From Camelus ferus (taxonomy: Eukaryota), in NCBI RefSeq assembly GCF_009834535.1, contig NC_045697.1, positions 39,682,001 to 39,746,000 of the forward strand: a stretch of DNA of 64,000 nucleotides, written 5' to 3'. Numbering within the stretch: position 1 is the first letter of the stretch; each line of letters opens with the position of its first letter. Of this stretch, positions 27,040 to 39,461 are shown in pieces. Made by a program: the position numbers and the translations under genes. A model generated the notes under the pieces. The model had not been told where the DNA came from. It did no database searches and worked only from the letters and a program-made list of their open reading frames with translations.

Positions 27040-28167
27040 CTGTGGAGAGAGGGAATGGGAATTACCAACTACACAAATAGGGGGGGACTGGTGTTGGCGG
27101 CCTGGGAGGAACAGAAGGGAAAGGATGACACCCTGTGGCTCCTATGAGAAGTGCAACCACTTTCATGTGTCATTACGATACATACATACTGCATTAATAC
27201 TAATATAAGCTCACTCTTACAGAGCGAGAGAGATTGCCTTTCAAATCCTGGTTGTTGGTTTTATGTGGATAAAAAGTCTATACTTTTCATTGAAGGGAAC
27301 TGCTGACCTCGGGGAAAGCAGGAAGATGACCTGAGTCTGACTAGAGGCCTCCTCTCCCCTCAGATGTCTGTGCTTATACCCCCGGCTGGTGAATTTCCAT
27401 TTGGGATGTTTGCTTGCCTTTGCCTGTCTCTCCATTTTTCTTAAACCAGAAGAGCTGACGCTGACATTACATGAGACGTTTCACTCTTGTGACACACTGG
27501 GACTTGGGGGAAAAAGGAGAGACCAACCCAGCTGTCTTTTCCTGTTTTCTAGCACTCGAGAACCTTCTTTGTTCAATTGCTGGAAAAATTACTACAGTGA
27601 AATCCTTAGTTAAGGAGCACTTTCAAATAACGGGCCACTACCTGAGGCTGAAATAGATACACATTCTTATCAAAGTCTGTAGAGTTAATAAAACTTACGT
27701 AAATCTCTGAACAGAAAAATGTCTTCTTTTAAGGATAATCCCTGGACCAGGAGCAGGCTCCGCCTGATGTCACTGCTTTACAAGCTCTGCTGGCAAACCT
27801 CACCCCATCACATGACTCACATGCCACGGCTTCTCAAGAGCCCGTGTAACGGGGCAGAGGAGAAACAGGGCTCTCTTTAGGAATTCTTCTGTAAGCTCTC
27901 TGCTGCCTCTCATTCTTGCACATGAGCAGTAGAATCCAGGGATAAATCTTGCATTAATACTAACATATGCTCTTTCTTATAAAGCAAAAGAGACTGCCTC
28001 TCAAATCCTAGTTTTTAAAAAAATTTTATACAGATAAATTATCAACGTGATTATACAATGACACAAGGATTCCTACTATTTTTTTAAAAGGCTCAGTTTG
28101 TTCATGTAAACTAGACTTCATTCTCCTTTCCAAATGTATTAATTACCGTTCTCAAATGTCATCCAGC

Positions 28168-28445
28168 CAGTCACAAAGGACCACTTATTGTATGACTCCA
28201 TTTATATGAAATGTCCACAACAGGCGACGCCAGAGAGAAAGCAGACTGGTAAAGGGATAGGAGGTTGGGAGAAAACAGGGAAAGACTGCTAATGGGCACA
28301 GGGCTGCTGCTTAAGGTGATGAACATGTTCTGAAGTTGACAGCCGCACACTGTGGAGTATACTGAAAACCAATGAAATGTACATTTTAAATGGCTGAGTT
28401 GTCTAGTATGTGCATGTGAATTAAATCTCAACAAAGCTATTATAA
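28168..28445 (+). mobile_element. L1MB-like 3' end
   Basis: 'ccagtcacaaaggaccacttattgtatgactccatttatatgaaatgtcc...aatctcaacaaagct' is typical of older L1 3'UTRs. Confidence 0.8.
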
Positions 28446-28819
28446 ATCACATCTCCCCAGTTAAATCTGCCATGAACACTAATATTTTCAAAAGGCTAGA
28501 GAGATAAGGGAGGTTAATCCAAACAGTTTGATTTCATTAATGTAATACTTAAAGGAGTCACATATAAAACTAGTATTTTTAGAGCAATTAAAAAATCAGT
28601 GAAATGCTTTTTTCTTCCTTTCATGCAGTCCATTCTATTAGGCAGCAACTAAGGAATAACACCCTCTGTGCCTGATATCATAAGACAACAGTGTAAATAT
28701 ATTTCCTTACTTACTCTTTACCATTTAAGAGTTGAACTTTACCCATAGAGTATGCCATCCTATACCATATGCAAAACTGAAATGTGGACATATACCATAC
28801 TGACATTACTAATACTTAC

Positions 28820-28922
28820 AGAGAAACTTCTTCTTCTTTTCCAGTGGGAACTCATGAAATGTTTCCCAAAATAGTCTCACAGTGGGATGTGCGGCTGAGT
28901 AATCACCCCTGTAGATGGCAGT
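28820..28922 (-). CDS. HERC3: HERC3 penultimate exon
   Basis: Acceptor ttgggcag| and donor |gtaagt; 103 nt; encodes TAIYRGDYSAAHPTVRLFWETFHEFPLEKKKKFL plus 1 nt. Confidence 0.97.
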
Positions 28923-29004
28923 CTGCCCAAAAAAGAAAAAAAATCATCTTAAGAAAAATATTACAGTGGACATATGCACTGGAGAGGAAATAACTGCTGT
29001 GTTG

Positions 29005-29271
29005 GGGGAGGGTAATAGCTTAGCGGTAGAGCGCATGCTTAGCATGCATGAGGTCCTGGGTTCAATCCCCAGTACTTCCACTAAAAAAAAAAAAACCTAC
29101 AAAATCTACTTTATAGCACAGGGAACCATATTCAGTATCTTATAATAACCTACAATGGAAAAGAATCTGAAAAGGAATATATATATATGTATGTATAACT
29201 GAATCATTTTGCTGTACACCTGAAACTAACATTGTAAATCAACTATACTTCAATTTAAAAAAAAAAAAAAA
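29005..29271 (+). mobile_element. tRNA-derived SINE head joined to an L1 3' end
   Basis: SINE head and A-run to ~29095, then an L1 3'UTR end (tatagcacagggaac...caactatacttcaat) and poly-A. Confidence 0.85.
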
Positions 29272-29409
29272 GATGTAACCGCTGAGATACAGCAGACCTC
29301 CAGATCCTACTCAGTCACACAACATTTGGAAAGAGGCCAGGCTCTGGGCATTCCCACCCAGGCCACTGCTCCTCCCTCAGAGTTAAAAGACCATGTCTTT
29401 CAGGCTTAC

Positions 29410-29593
29410 CTCTTCCAGTTCCTCCCAGTTGTAGTTGCTGTTCCCCACCATCATGGCCCTCAGTTCTGAAGGCTGGAAGAGCTCAAGCACTTTGCCACCA
29501 CACACCTTTAGGAAGCCGCTGGAGAAGGCTGTGTACCATTCGTGAACTGAGATTTGGAAGACATAATTCACATAAGCTTCCACAAATTCCTGC
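29410..29593 (-). CDS. HERC3: HERC3 exon (HECT)
   Basis: Acceptor cctggcag| and donor |gtaagc; 184 nt; encodes (R)QEFVEAYVNYVFQISVHEWYTAFSSGFLKVCGGKVLELFQPSELRAMMVGNSNYNWEELEE. Confidence 0.97.
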
Positions 29594-30589
29594 CTGCCAG
29601 GAGACCAAAGAAATAGAACACAGTTAGCCCAAAGTCTTGTAGAATTTCTCAAGTTCCCCTTCTACACTGAAGTTGAGAGAGAAAGAAAAAAATCTCATCA
29701 AATTCTCACACCAGAAGGCATCCTATGGAATCTTGTAGGTTCCAGCCCCAGGATTCCACCAAGGAGTCTCAGGTGATCTGGAGGCAGAGATGCAAGAAAG
29801 AAGGGGAGGGGGCCAGATAGGCAAAGCCGTACTACTGACTTTATTTCCCCTGAGGCATTCCAGTTTTCATCTTGTTTATGGTCCGACTTAATTTAGTTCA
29901 GAAGAAAATACTTTTTCTGCTTAAAAGAAAAAGTCTAAGATAATGGTTTGAGCTACTTCCTTTTTCTTCAGAAATGAAAAAAATTGAAGCCAGCTGATAT
30001 TTGTATCCTCATCTATTTGAAAAAGTATAATTTCCTAATTCCTTTCTATAAATCTCTTAATCACCTCTGGAAAGAAGTGTCTTATACAATGGTTCCACTT
30101 CACCAATGATCAGTCAAGTGCTAATTAAGACAACAGTTTCCTGCAAGCCAGACTTCTAGCAAGCTGGCTTCCTGGGCAGGTTTCTGCAGGCTGCAGGTCA
30201 GTGTTCTCTTTTCACATGGGGTCTGGCCATTGTCTGTATGCATATTTGAGACTCACTAGTGGGAATGTGAACTGAGATACGAACACCTCGGAGAAAAAGT
30301 TGCCAATATCTAGAAAAGCTGAAAATGAAAATACCCTTTGACCCAGCCGCTCTCCTACCAGGTGGTGACCCAGAGGGACTCACATGAACGTACAAGAAGA
30401 CAGTAAAGTCACATGATGAAGAACAAAAAGCCCAGCGCTTTAATGGAACTAACTAGATCTACATTTATCCAAAGGAATAGAATCTCAAGAACAATGCTGA
30501 GTAAAAGCCAAGTTTTTGAATCTTAAGTACAATATGATAGCATTTATGTAAGTTGTTTTTTCACACTTAAAACAGTGCCATCTATAAGA

Positions 30590-30785
30590 GGCAGTGGCTC
30601 TGCCACTTATGGCTTATGACCCTTGGGCAAGTTATTTAATCTCTCTGTGCCTCAATCTGTTCATCTATAAAATGGGGAGAATGAGAATACATAACTTACA
30701 GGACTATTATAAAAATTAAATGCGTTAACAGATGTAAAGTTCTTAGAACCAAGGCTGCCTTGTAGGTGTTAGTGATTATTATTAT
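30590..30785 (+). mobile_element. MIR
   Basis: 'gacccttgggcaagttatttaatctctctgtgcctcaatctgttcatctataaaatgggg' is a MIR core. Confidence 0.85.
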
Positions 30786-31273
30786 ACTGCTTATGGCTAC
30801 AGGATTGGTTTATGAGTGTGAAATTATGTATATGATGTATCTATGAAATGCTTATTTAATAAAAACATTAATGTAAGAAGATCTTTGTCTTAATATAAAA
30901 ATAAAAACATGAAAGAATATGCATAACATTCATAAGAGTTCTATCTGTGTAGGAAAGGAGGGTGAGAAGAGAGGAACAGAATTAAAGGGATGAAAGAATT
31001 TCACTGGTATCAGTAATTCTTTCATTAAAATATCTAAAGCAAACACTATCTGTTTATTCTGGATCATAGATACAAAGCTGTTGGTCATAGTACTTTTTTG
31101 CTTTTCTGTATTTAATTTTTTTCTAAAAATTAAAAAAAATCTGACATTATGAAAATGCTTTCCACTTATGCTTCTCTGTAATATACTGCACTTCTACAGT
31201 TTGAATATCTTCCATTTCCTCTAAGCAGACACCGTCACCAATAACTTACCAAGGTATACCAATAACTAACTAG

Positions 31274-31816
31274 TGTGAGCCCTGACAGTTTTGTTCTCCT
31301 TTTTTTGCCATACAAGTCCTGACTTAAGCTTTGATTGAGGAGGCATCCACTTCAAAGACAGCCATCAGGAATAAACAGACGGCCAGCCAGACGGTTAGAC
31401 CACATGAAGAGCCAGGCTGAAGCTCCCTTGTTTGAGAGATCTTGGTTGACTCTGATAACTGACCATTTGGGCCACTTGTTTTTTTTTTTCCCCTCTTCCC
31501 ATGCATTGAATTGCTGCTCTTATGTTTTAAGTTTACCAATTAAGAATGAGCCCATAACATCCTAGGCCCACCCCCTCAACCCCAATAAAAACAGAACCCC
31601 AGAAGTTCACTCTCAACTCCCTTACTCTCTCTGCTCCACCCCTAACCCCACCAACCTCACTGTGTTCCCCCAGTGTGCCATGTAATTTCCAGGTCTTGTA
31701 AATAATAAACCTTAATTTTTTTCAAAGTATCCTGATGGTTATTGCTGAAGGGCATCTTGCAATCCTAATCAGAACCACAACACTGGTTATTGATAGGTTG
31801 AGACCAGCACAAAACA
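31274..31816 (+). mobile_element. Putative solo LTR
   Basis: TG...CA ends, near-TSD CTAG/CTAA, internal AATAAA motifs and a pyrimidine-rich tract typical of ERV1 LTRs; family not identified. Confidence 0.5.
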
Positions 31817-32539
31817 CTAAACAACAGGCAATGTAATAACAGTGGATAAGTGGGGTAGAGCCTCAGATCCAGGCTCTGCCATGTCCTGTATGCTAATGAC
31901 TAAGCCTCTCTTTTCTCATCTTTAAAATGGGGTAAATGTTCAGGTTTTTTAAATAAAAGCTACTAATGTAAAAAGATGATTGTACATCTTAACCATAGAT
32001 GCTAAAAGTTTCTCACACTGCAGATAATGTACTGCTTTACCCATGAGACAAAGCCTGTAAAACAAAGAATGTTGCCCGCCATGCAGTTCTGTAAGTCATT
32101 AGCCACTGCAGTCACTGACCTATAGTCCACCCTGAAAGGAATTTGGGATGAAAAACAGGATGAAGCGTTCTGTGTTTTGGATATGTGGGCCCCTACATAA
32201 CTATCTAGGATGCATATATCTAAGGAGGAATTTCAATGACCTCAGATCCTTGCATCCTCCCATACACAAATAAGCACTAAAATCATTAACTTGAGATATC
32301 TGTTTTTTTGTGTGTGTGATTAGCAGTTATCTTTTATCAAGATATATGCTTGACTACATGTATTTCCCAGGCCAAAAAAAAAAAATTAATATAGATTGGC
32401 TCTTCCCCTGCATCTTTGGCGCAGTTCCTCAGAGCTACCTGAGAGGCTGTCTCCCAGGCTGTATAGTCATCAGTAAGGCCCCTGAATAAACCCAAAAATC
32501 ACAGCTCTCATGTGTGCTTTTTATTTCAGCTGACAGTTC

Positions 32540-32557
32540 TGGCAACCATGAAGGGAC
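32540..32557 (+). other. ERV primer-binding site, tRNA-Arg type
   Basis: TGGCAACCATGAAGGGAC equals TGGCGACCACGAAGGGAC (complement of a tRNA-Arg(TCG) 3' end, from recall) with two CpG-decay changes; starts 5 nt after the LTR end. Confidence 0.75.
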
Positions 32558-32915
32558 CCAGAGCCAACTTCTCTTCTTCACATGAACCCTCCAAGGATCT
32601 GGACCTTGGTAACAGCAAGGGCCCAGATGAATTTGGCTGAGTCTTTCCTGGTCTCAGATCTCCTGTCTTGGCTAACAATCCTGAGTTTTATTCAGTGGTG
32701 GATAAAAAAGGTACCTGACTTCTCATTTTTAAGATACTGAGAAAGTGTTCAGTTGTAAGGTTCTGAGAAAGTGCCCAACTGCAAGAGGATGGGAAGATTT
32801 TGTTCAGCTGAAAGACACTGGGAAGCTTCAGACTACATGATTAGGTAGGAAGCTGACCTGACATCTTGCCCCAAATCATCTAGATCAACAGAATTGGTTG
32901 AACTATAAGTGAAGA

Positions 32916-33547
32916 TGAGACAGGAGGGAAGGGGGCAGGGCACAGCCACTCAAGGAATGACAGCAACCATAATTGTGGAAGAGTCCCCTCCTAGTTGGCC
33001 TTGAGGATTAAGAGGTTTGACTTCCAGTAGACCTTGAGCTTCATTATATGCTCACTGTAACAGCATGATCAAATAACATGCCCGCAGGCGCCATGATAGC
33101 CCTGAGGCTAACCACAAAAGGCCAAAGAATGGGTGGTGGCCCAATTCTTGGGAATGCCAGCCCCTTCCCCAGGGCAGTTGGATTGATCCCACCTGTGGGC
33201 ATGTGAAGCTACTGAGACCATAAAAAGTGACACCACCACACCTAGTGGCCCTTTGCGCTCTCTCTCCCCTTTGGAGACGGCCCACACTCTGTCTGTGGAG
33301 TGTGTACCTACTTTTACTTTAACCTGAGCACCCAATTCCCACACCTCTTTCCTTACCTTTCTCTTGCCTTACATTCTATGCAGTATGTATCTCTCTAAAT
33401 AAATCTACCTTTACTCAACGGTGGCTCACACTTGAATTCTTTGCTGTGCGAAGCCAAGGACCCACACTTGGCAGGACACGTCCTAGGGGCTCAACTGAGA
33501 CCTGGGACTCGGCCCTCCTCACGGCCCACATCCGTTTTCCTGCCTCA
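32916..33547 (+). mobile_element. Solo LTR (MER41-like) nested in the provirus leader
   Basis: Ends TGAGACAGGA...TCCTGCCTCA form a 9/10 inverted repeat; perfect TSD AAGA at 32912-32915 and 33548-33551; AATAAA near 33398. Confidence 0.88.
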
Positions 33548-35264
33548 AAGATACCACATGGGAGCTTTCAGCTCCAAAGATAAGGGACATGGCTCCTGTT
33601 GGCTGGTTATGGCTTTCTCAGGCAACCAAGAAATTTATGGAAATTGTGGAGGTGAGTCCTCATACTGTGCAGCAGTCCCATAGGGAAACTCACCCATTAA
33701 TTGAAAAACTCATTAAAAGAATTGGCCACCCACTGCTCAGAGCACCCATGGCAGTTTTAGACTACTGGTAGGAGAAAACAAGATGCGCAAAAGAGCTGAA
33801 ACCACTCCAGGGCAACACCTGGAAGAACTAAACTCACAAACAGCCCACCGGCCCCTACTGTTTTCAACAGTGATTCTGTTATGACAAGCCAATTTTAAAA
33901 TGAGAAATAGTCTCCCAAACAGAAGAAAAAGGGGGTGCCAGATAACCCCAATAATCCAGATGGGTTTATATATGTACAGAACTTACACTTGCAAGCACTT
34001 ACTTAATTAGGAACTAAGGAAATCCTCCCTGAAATGGCCCAGATGGGGCTCTTTTTGACATTCCAAAACTGGTCTGTGCATAAGCAGTTAGACAAAACCA
34101 GATCCAAAACTGGTTCTGCGTAAGCAGTCAGAGAAAGCCCGCTTGATAAAACATCTTTTCAAAATTCTGACCCTAAGGGGACAAAGGCCTCCTAAGAGGA
34201 GCCTGCATTTTCCTCCCTGCATCTTTGAGATAATAATGTTCCACCAGGGCTCTCAGGAATCCTTATCTGTATCTTATCTAGACCATCTCTAATTCCTGGG
34301 ACTGAGGCAAAAAAGGGGAAAAGAGGCCTTTCAAACTCAAGCAAGTAAACTTAACTTATTCCAACTGTTATTTATAAACCAGTGAATTTTACATTGCAAT
34401 ACCTGATTTATGACTAAGTTTTAAAATGAAGCTATGAGATCTCTGATTATATCTACGTCTGTGTGTTCATTATATATATATATATATAATTAGATATATA
34501 TATATATATCTACTTCCGAATGGTATTGCCAAATTAATTTGTAAATGAGCTCTATTATAATTAGCTTTAAGGAAATTAAGCACTTACATAAAGTCTCAGA
34601 AATATAAAAGAAACTAACCCAGATGAATTTCAGGTTCCCATGAAATAGTACCAAAGTTAGTTAAAGTTTGTTGGTCAAAGATATCAAGAGGTTTTAAAAC
34701 ACTTGGTCAAACAGGAACATAGGTCACTGTGAAACAATACTTATTTACTTAACCAAAGTGACAATAAAAGATTTCAAAGGCAAATATGGAAGGTTACAAC
34801 AGATTACTTAAAAAGTAAAGAAACTTCACAATCTGTTATCAAAATCAGATTAATATTCCAAGAAACTTTATCCTCTTAACAGAGAGAGAACTTCCTCTTT
34901 GATTTGAGGAAGTCTTGGGCATGGCTTTTCTGGCCTTGAGAGGCCTTTTAAAAGTTCAATCTGAGATTCCTTATGAAAAATTTCAGCAAAGCCAATTTCA
35001 AAGAGCCTATGTGACTTTAATTTGGCTGTATTTGGTAGAAATGAAGGTGATTTTAGAGAGAAAAAAATTGTTTCAGTGAATATTAAGTTCTAGTGTTGTT
35101 AACTGTCTTTGTGGTTTGTATTTACTACTGAAGACTCACTTCCTAGATGGCTTCTTCTTACAATGTTGCATTGTTGCAAGATTTAACTGAATTATTAAAA
35201 GGACATTCTAAATTTGTCTCTAAAGCTTATCACAGTAATCTGTCTTTGAATGGAGATCATATGC

Positions 35265-35470
35265 CCCATTACCTGCAACCAGGAGATTATGTATACTGGA
35301 AAGGCATCGTTTAAAGACTCCTAGATGGAGGGCACTTACCAAGTGCTCATAACTAGTTCATGCACAGGAGACTAAAAGGAAATCATTCTTGGGCTCCCAT
35401 TTCCCCCTTACGAAGGGCCCCTGCACCATACTGTTCTATAGAGAGGACTGCTGACCTCAAAATCACCTTG
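35265..35470 (+). pseudogene. ERV integrase C-terminus remnant
   Basis: Translates with frameshifts as HYLQPGDYVYWK...PRWRA/TYQVLIT, a GPY/F-type module. Confidence 0.75.
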
Positions 35471-35559
35471 AAACAACACTCAGAGGAGAAACTACACCCA
35501 CACCAGGATGAGAACATATCAGAAGTAGACAGCTATACTAAGACTCCAGACCTGACCTG

Positions 35560-36880
35560 TATGATTATTTGTAGTGTTTTCCTGATTCCTTGGACTTCTG
35601 CATATGAATCAAATGTTCTTCTATCATGAGCACAATCCTATATAGATTTCAGAAATCAATCCAATTATGTACATCTAGTACTTCTGGTTTACCCTGGTGG
35701 ATTTCTTATCTCCAAGACTCTAACTGAATGGGCCTTTGAAAATTTATTTTAGAAGAAAGAAGCTGTAGGTCCACTACTGGTTATTACTAGATGGGAATCC
35801 CTCACTCAGCCAATCAATCATACTTTCTCTGACCGACCATAAACATGAATTCTCTTTTAAAATTACTCAAGCTCAATCAGAGGAACAAGCTAAATTTCAG
35901 TCAAAGAACATAATTTCCCAATTATTAGAAGGAACCCTCCCTCAGTTATGGGATTGATTTATATGGCTAACACTAGGCTATGGTCATTTAAGTTTAAAGG
36001 CCCTCCTATGTTGGGAACAATCAAATCATACTAAAGATAATCAGCCAAATAACACTAGAAAATTCAGCCTTAGGGAAAATGCCAACATTTCATTTCCCTT
36101 AAAGATAGCAATTGATGGAGCAAACTGGGTCAGGTGACCAGGAATATACTGAGTTGCACCTAATGGAACTCAATGTCTTTGTGGCACCAATTTGTGGCCC
36201 TGGCTTCTGCCAGCATGGATAGGAAAATGTACCCTAGGATTCCCTTGGGCTCAAGGCCACTAGTGTGCCAATTTAGAGATGACTCCAATAAATTTACCAT
36301 TAAGACAAGCCTGATGGATCAAGAGATCTGCATTTCACTGGTAGAACCATTTTGCAGCCATTTTTGTGCCTTCAGCAGGATTGGACGTTGTAACTGCCCA
36401 CACTGAAGCCTTGACAAAATTCACCCAACAGGCCTGAAACGGTAATAATCAGGGTATTAGCCTACTGAATTCTGAGGTGTCTGTGATGAGAAAAAGCAGT
36501 ATTACAAAACATACGGCCTTCAGTATCTTTATAGCATCTGAAGGAGACAGGCACCTATGCCGTAATTCAAACTGAATGCTGCATTCTCATACCAGATGAA
36601 TCCTCTGATAGAACACATTTAATGACACATATGAAAAATCTGATTTCTGCCTTAAGTGATACACTTTCTAGTCTTGGTCATCCTTTAAGGAGCTGATTTG
36701 GTTCTGGAAGCTTATGCTTAAATCTCTACTTATGACCTTATTAATTTTACTAGCTGTATTACTTGCATCCTGTCTAAGACTGTTGTTTCTTGCATTACTC
36801 AATGTGTAAACAGGTCTCTGACAAAATTAATGACGGCTCAATATTTTGAGGCCCTTGATCACATTTATAGCCCCAAAGAT
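35560..36880 (+). pseudogene. ERV env remnant
   Basis: TM-subunit hallmarks at ~36495-36605: VLQN immunosuppressive-domain start and AVIQTECCILIPDES (remnant of CX6CC), then a hydrophobic stretch; multiple stops and frameshifts. Confidence 0.8.
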
Positions 36881-37648
36881 CAACTGTAAGAGGACAACTC
36901 TAGATATGGCAAAAGGAACAGGGAAAAATATTTCCTCGATCATAATAGACTAGTAAGACAGATGATCCAGAGAATTTTTAAGTTATTAACAGGGCCTAAT
37001 ACAGAAGTAGCACTTTGAGTGGCCTATCAACAAGATCCTGCCCTAGGAATAAGTCTTCTTAGCACCGTGGGACAAACTGGTCACGAAATAATTCCCAAAT
37101 CTTAGTTGAATTTATGATCAAAAGGGAGGGAGCTGTAAAACAAAGAATGTTGGCCGCCATTCAGTTCTACAAGGATCAAGTCATTAGCTTCTGCAATCAC
37201 TGACCTATAGTCCACCCTGAAAGGAATTCGGGACAAAAAACAAAATGAAGAATTCTGTGTTTTAGATATGTGGGCCCCTCGATAGTTAAGATACGTATCT
37301 AAGGAGGAATTTCAATGATCCCGGATTCTTACATCTTCCCATATACTGACAAGCACTGAAACCTTTTAACTTTTTTTGAGATTAGCAGTAAACTTTTATC
37401 AAGATGTATGCTTGACTAAATGTATTTCCCAGCCAAAAAGTTCATATATATTGCTCCATCCCCTTCTTCTATAGAGCAATTCCTCAGAGCTATCTGAGAC
37501 AGAGCTATAGTCCTCAGTAAATTCCCTGAATAAAACTGAAACTCACAGCTCTCATGTTGTGCATTTTTTAATTCCGTCAACAGCCAGTAACACTTTTTGG
37601 TACAACTGCCTAAGAGAAGCACCATCAGCATGATTTTTTATTATGGAC

Positions 37649-38017
37649 TGTGATGGTTAATTTTATGTATCAATCTGGCTAGGCTATGGTGCCCAGCTGT
37701 TTAGTCAAACATCACTCAAGATGATGCTGTGAAGGAATTTTTTAGATGTGATTAACATTTAAATCAGTAGACTTTGAGTAAAGCAGATTAGTCTTCATAA
37801 TGTGGTGGGCCTCACCCAATCAGTTAAAGGCTTTAAAAAACTAAGGTCTTCCAAAGAAGGAATTTGGCCTTCAGACTGCCTTCTGACTCAAGACTGCAAC
37901 ATCAACTCCTGCCAGAATTTGCAGCTTGCCATCCTGCTCCGAAGATTTCTGACTTGCCAGTCCCAAAAATCACATGAGCAGATTTCTTAAAGTCAGTCTC
38001 TCTTTTTATGTGTCTGT

Positions 38018-38095
<78 letters not shown>

Positions 38096-38125
38096 TACTG
38101 GTTCTGTTTGGAGAACCCTAAGACA
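37649..38125 (+). mobile_element. MLT2-like (ERVL) LTR
   Basis: Begins TGTGATGGTTAATTTTATGTATCAATCTGGCTAGGC and ends GGTTCTGTTTGGAGAACCCT with an internal TG repeat, the MLT2 layout. Confidence 0.8.
38023..38092. repeat. (TG)35 microsatellite
   Basis: Seen directly; uninterrupted. Confidence 0.97.
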
Positions 38126-38127
38126 GA

Positions 38128-39460
38128 CTTGGGTAACAGGAAGTAGGGTACTATAATAGCAAATATCTAAAATGTAAAAGTGCCTTTGAAACTGGGTATA
38201 GGTAGAGGCTGGAAGGGTTTTATGGCAGTGATAGAGAAAGCCTAGACTGCCTTGAAGAGACTGTTGATAGAAATATACACATTAAAAGAGATTCTGGTGA
38301 GAGCTCAGAAAGAAGAAAACTGTAGAGAAAGCTGCTGTGTGGAAAATAAATATAAATCATAAACAGCATATTGCTACAATTATGAATGTTAAAATACTCT
38401 GGTGAAATCTCAGATGGAAATGAAGAACACGTTATTTTTTGAAAATTGGAGAAAGGCAATCTTGTTATAAAGTGGCAGAGAACTTGGCTGAATTACGTTC
38501 TAGTGTCTTGCAGAAAGTAAAACTTGATAAACTTGGTTATTTTGTGGAGGAGATTTCTGAGCAAAGTATTGAAGGTGTGGTCTGGTTTCTTGCTGCTTAT
38601 AGTAAAATGCAAGAGGAAAGAGATAAATTGAAGAGGGAATTGTTAAGCAAAAAGGACTAGAACTTCAAGGTTAGGAAAATTCTTAACCTATCCAGATAGC
38701 ATGCTCTGGAAGCAATGCCAAGGGTGTGGCTGAACACTGATTTACTAAAGAGATCAGGCATGTGACTCATGGATCCAATCAACCATCACAGCAGAGGCCA
38801 GGAACAGAGATGTGGCTGGCTATCCAGGAAAGATCTGTGGAGGACCCTCTTGTCTGATGACTTGGACCACCATGAAATGCCTGGGAGGCCAACAGGGTTT
38901 ATGAGAATTTTATACTGGCAGAAACACTGCCAGCTTGTATTGAGGGGTAGAGATGGGACAAAATGAAAGAAGGCTGTCGGGATTCCACAGGTGTGAAATG
39001 AGCCAGTGGAGCTAACTGGCTGCAAACAGGTGTTATCTTTCAAGAAAGAGGAAGAATGATCCCAAAGGCAGATCAGAGTCCAGTGGGACTATCACTGCCA
39101 ACATGGGCGTAGGTCCAGGAACCAGGACCAGACCTCCACAACCTTATAAGGCAGGACTAACACCCCAGGGGGCCAGAGGACAGAGCACGGAACTGAAGAG
39201 GATTAATCTCCAAGCCTTAAAATCTAATGAAATTTGCCCTGCTAGGTTTATGATTTGCTTGGGGCCTGTGACCCCCTTCCCCTTCCTGATGTCACCCTTT
39301 TAGAATGGGAATGTCTTTCCAATGCCTATCCCACCATTGTAACTGGAAGCAAAAAATTTGTCTAGTTTCACAGGTTCACAGGCTATAGAAGAATTTTGCC
39401 TCAGTGTGAATCAAACCTCAAGTCTCACCCATACCTGATTTTAATGATATTTACATGATA
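38128..39460 (+). mobile_element. MaLR/ERVL-type internal sequence
   Basis: Start 'caaatatctaaaatgtaaaagtgcctttgaaactgggtataggtagaggctggaag' and 'ttataaagtggcagagaacttggctgaatt' resemble MLT/THE1 internal sequence. Confidence 0.7.
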
Positions 39461-39461
39461 T

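Larger units (their letters stand above)
32056..37582 (+). mobile_element. Defective ERV1-class (MER4-group-like) provirus with two LTRs
   Basis: Direct repeats at 32056-32535 and 37134-37582, both starting TGTAAAACAAAGAATGTTG; PBS at 32540-32557; PPT AAAAGGGAGGGAG at 37120-37132; AGCC at both flanks (right copy overlaps the terminal A); gag, integrase and env remnants inside. Confidence 0.93.

Noticed and set aside
34062..34139. ~41-bp tandem duplication (TCCAAAACTGG...TAAGCAGT.AGA.AAA)
   Set aside because: A two-copy local duplication inside the dead ERV gag; not an array or CRISPR-like structure.
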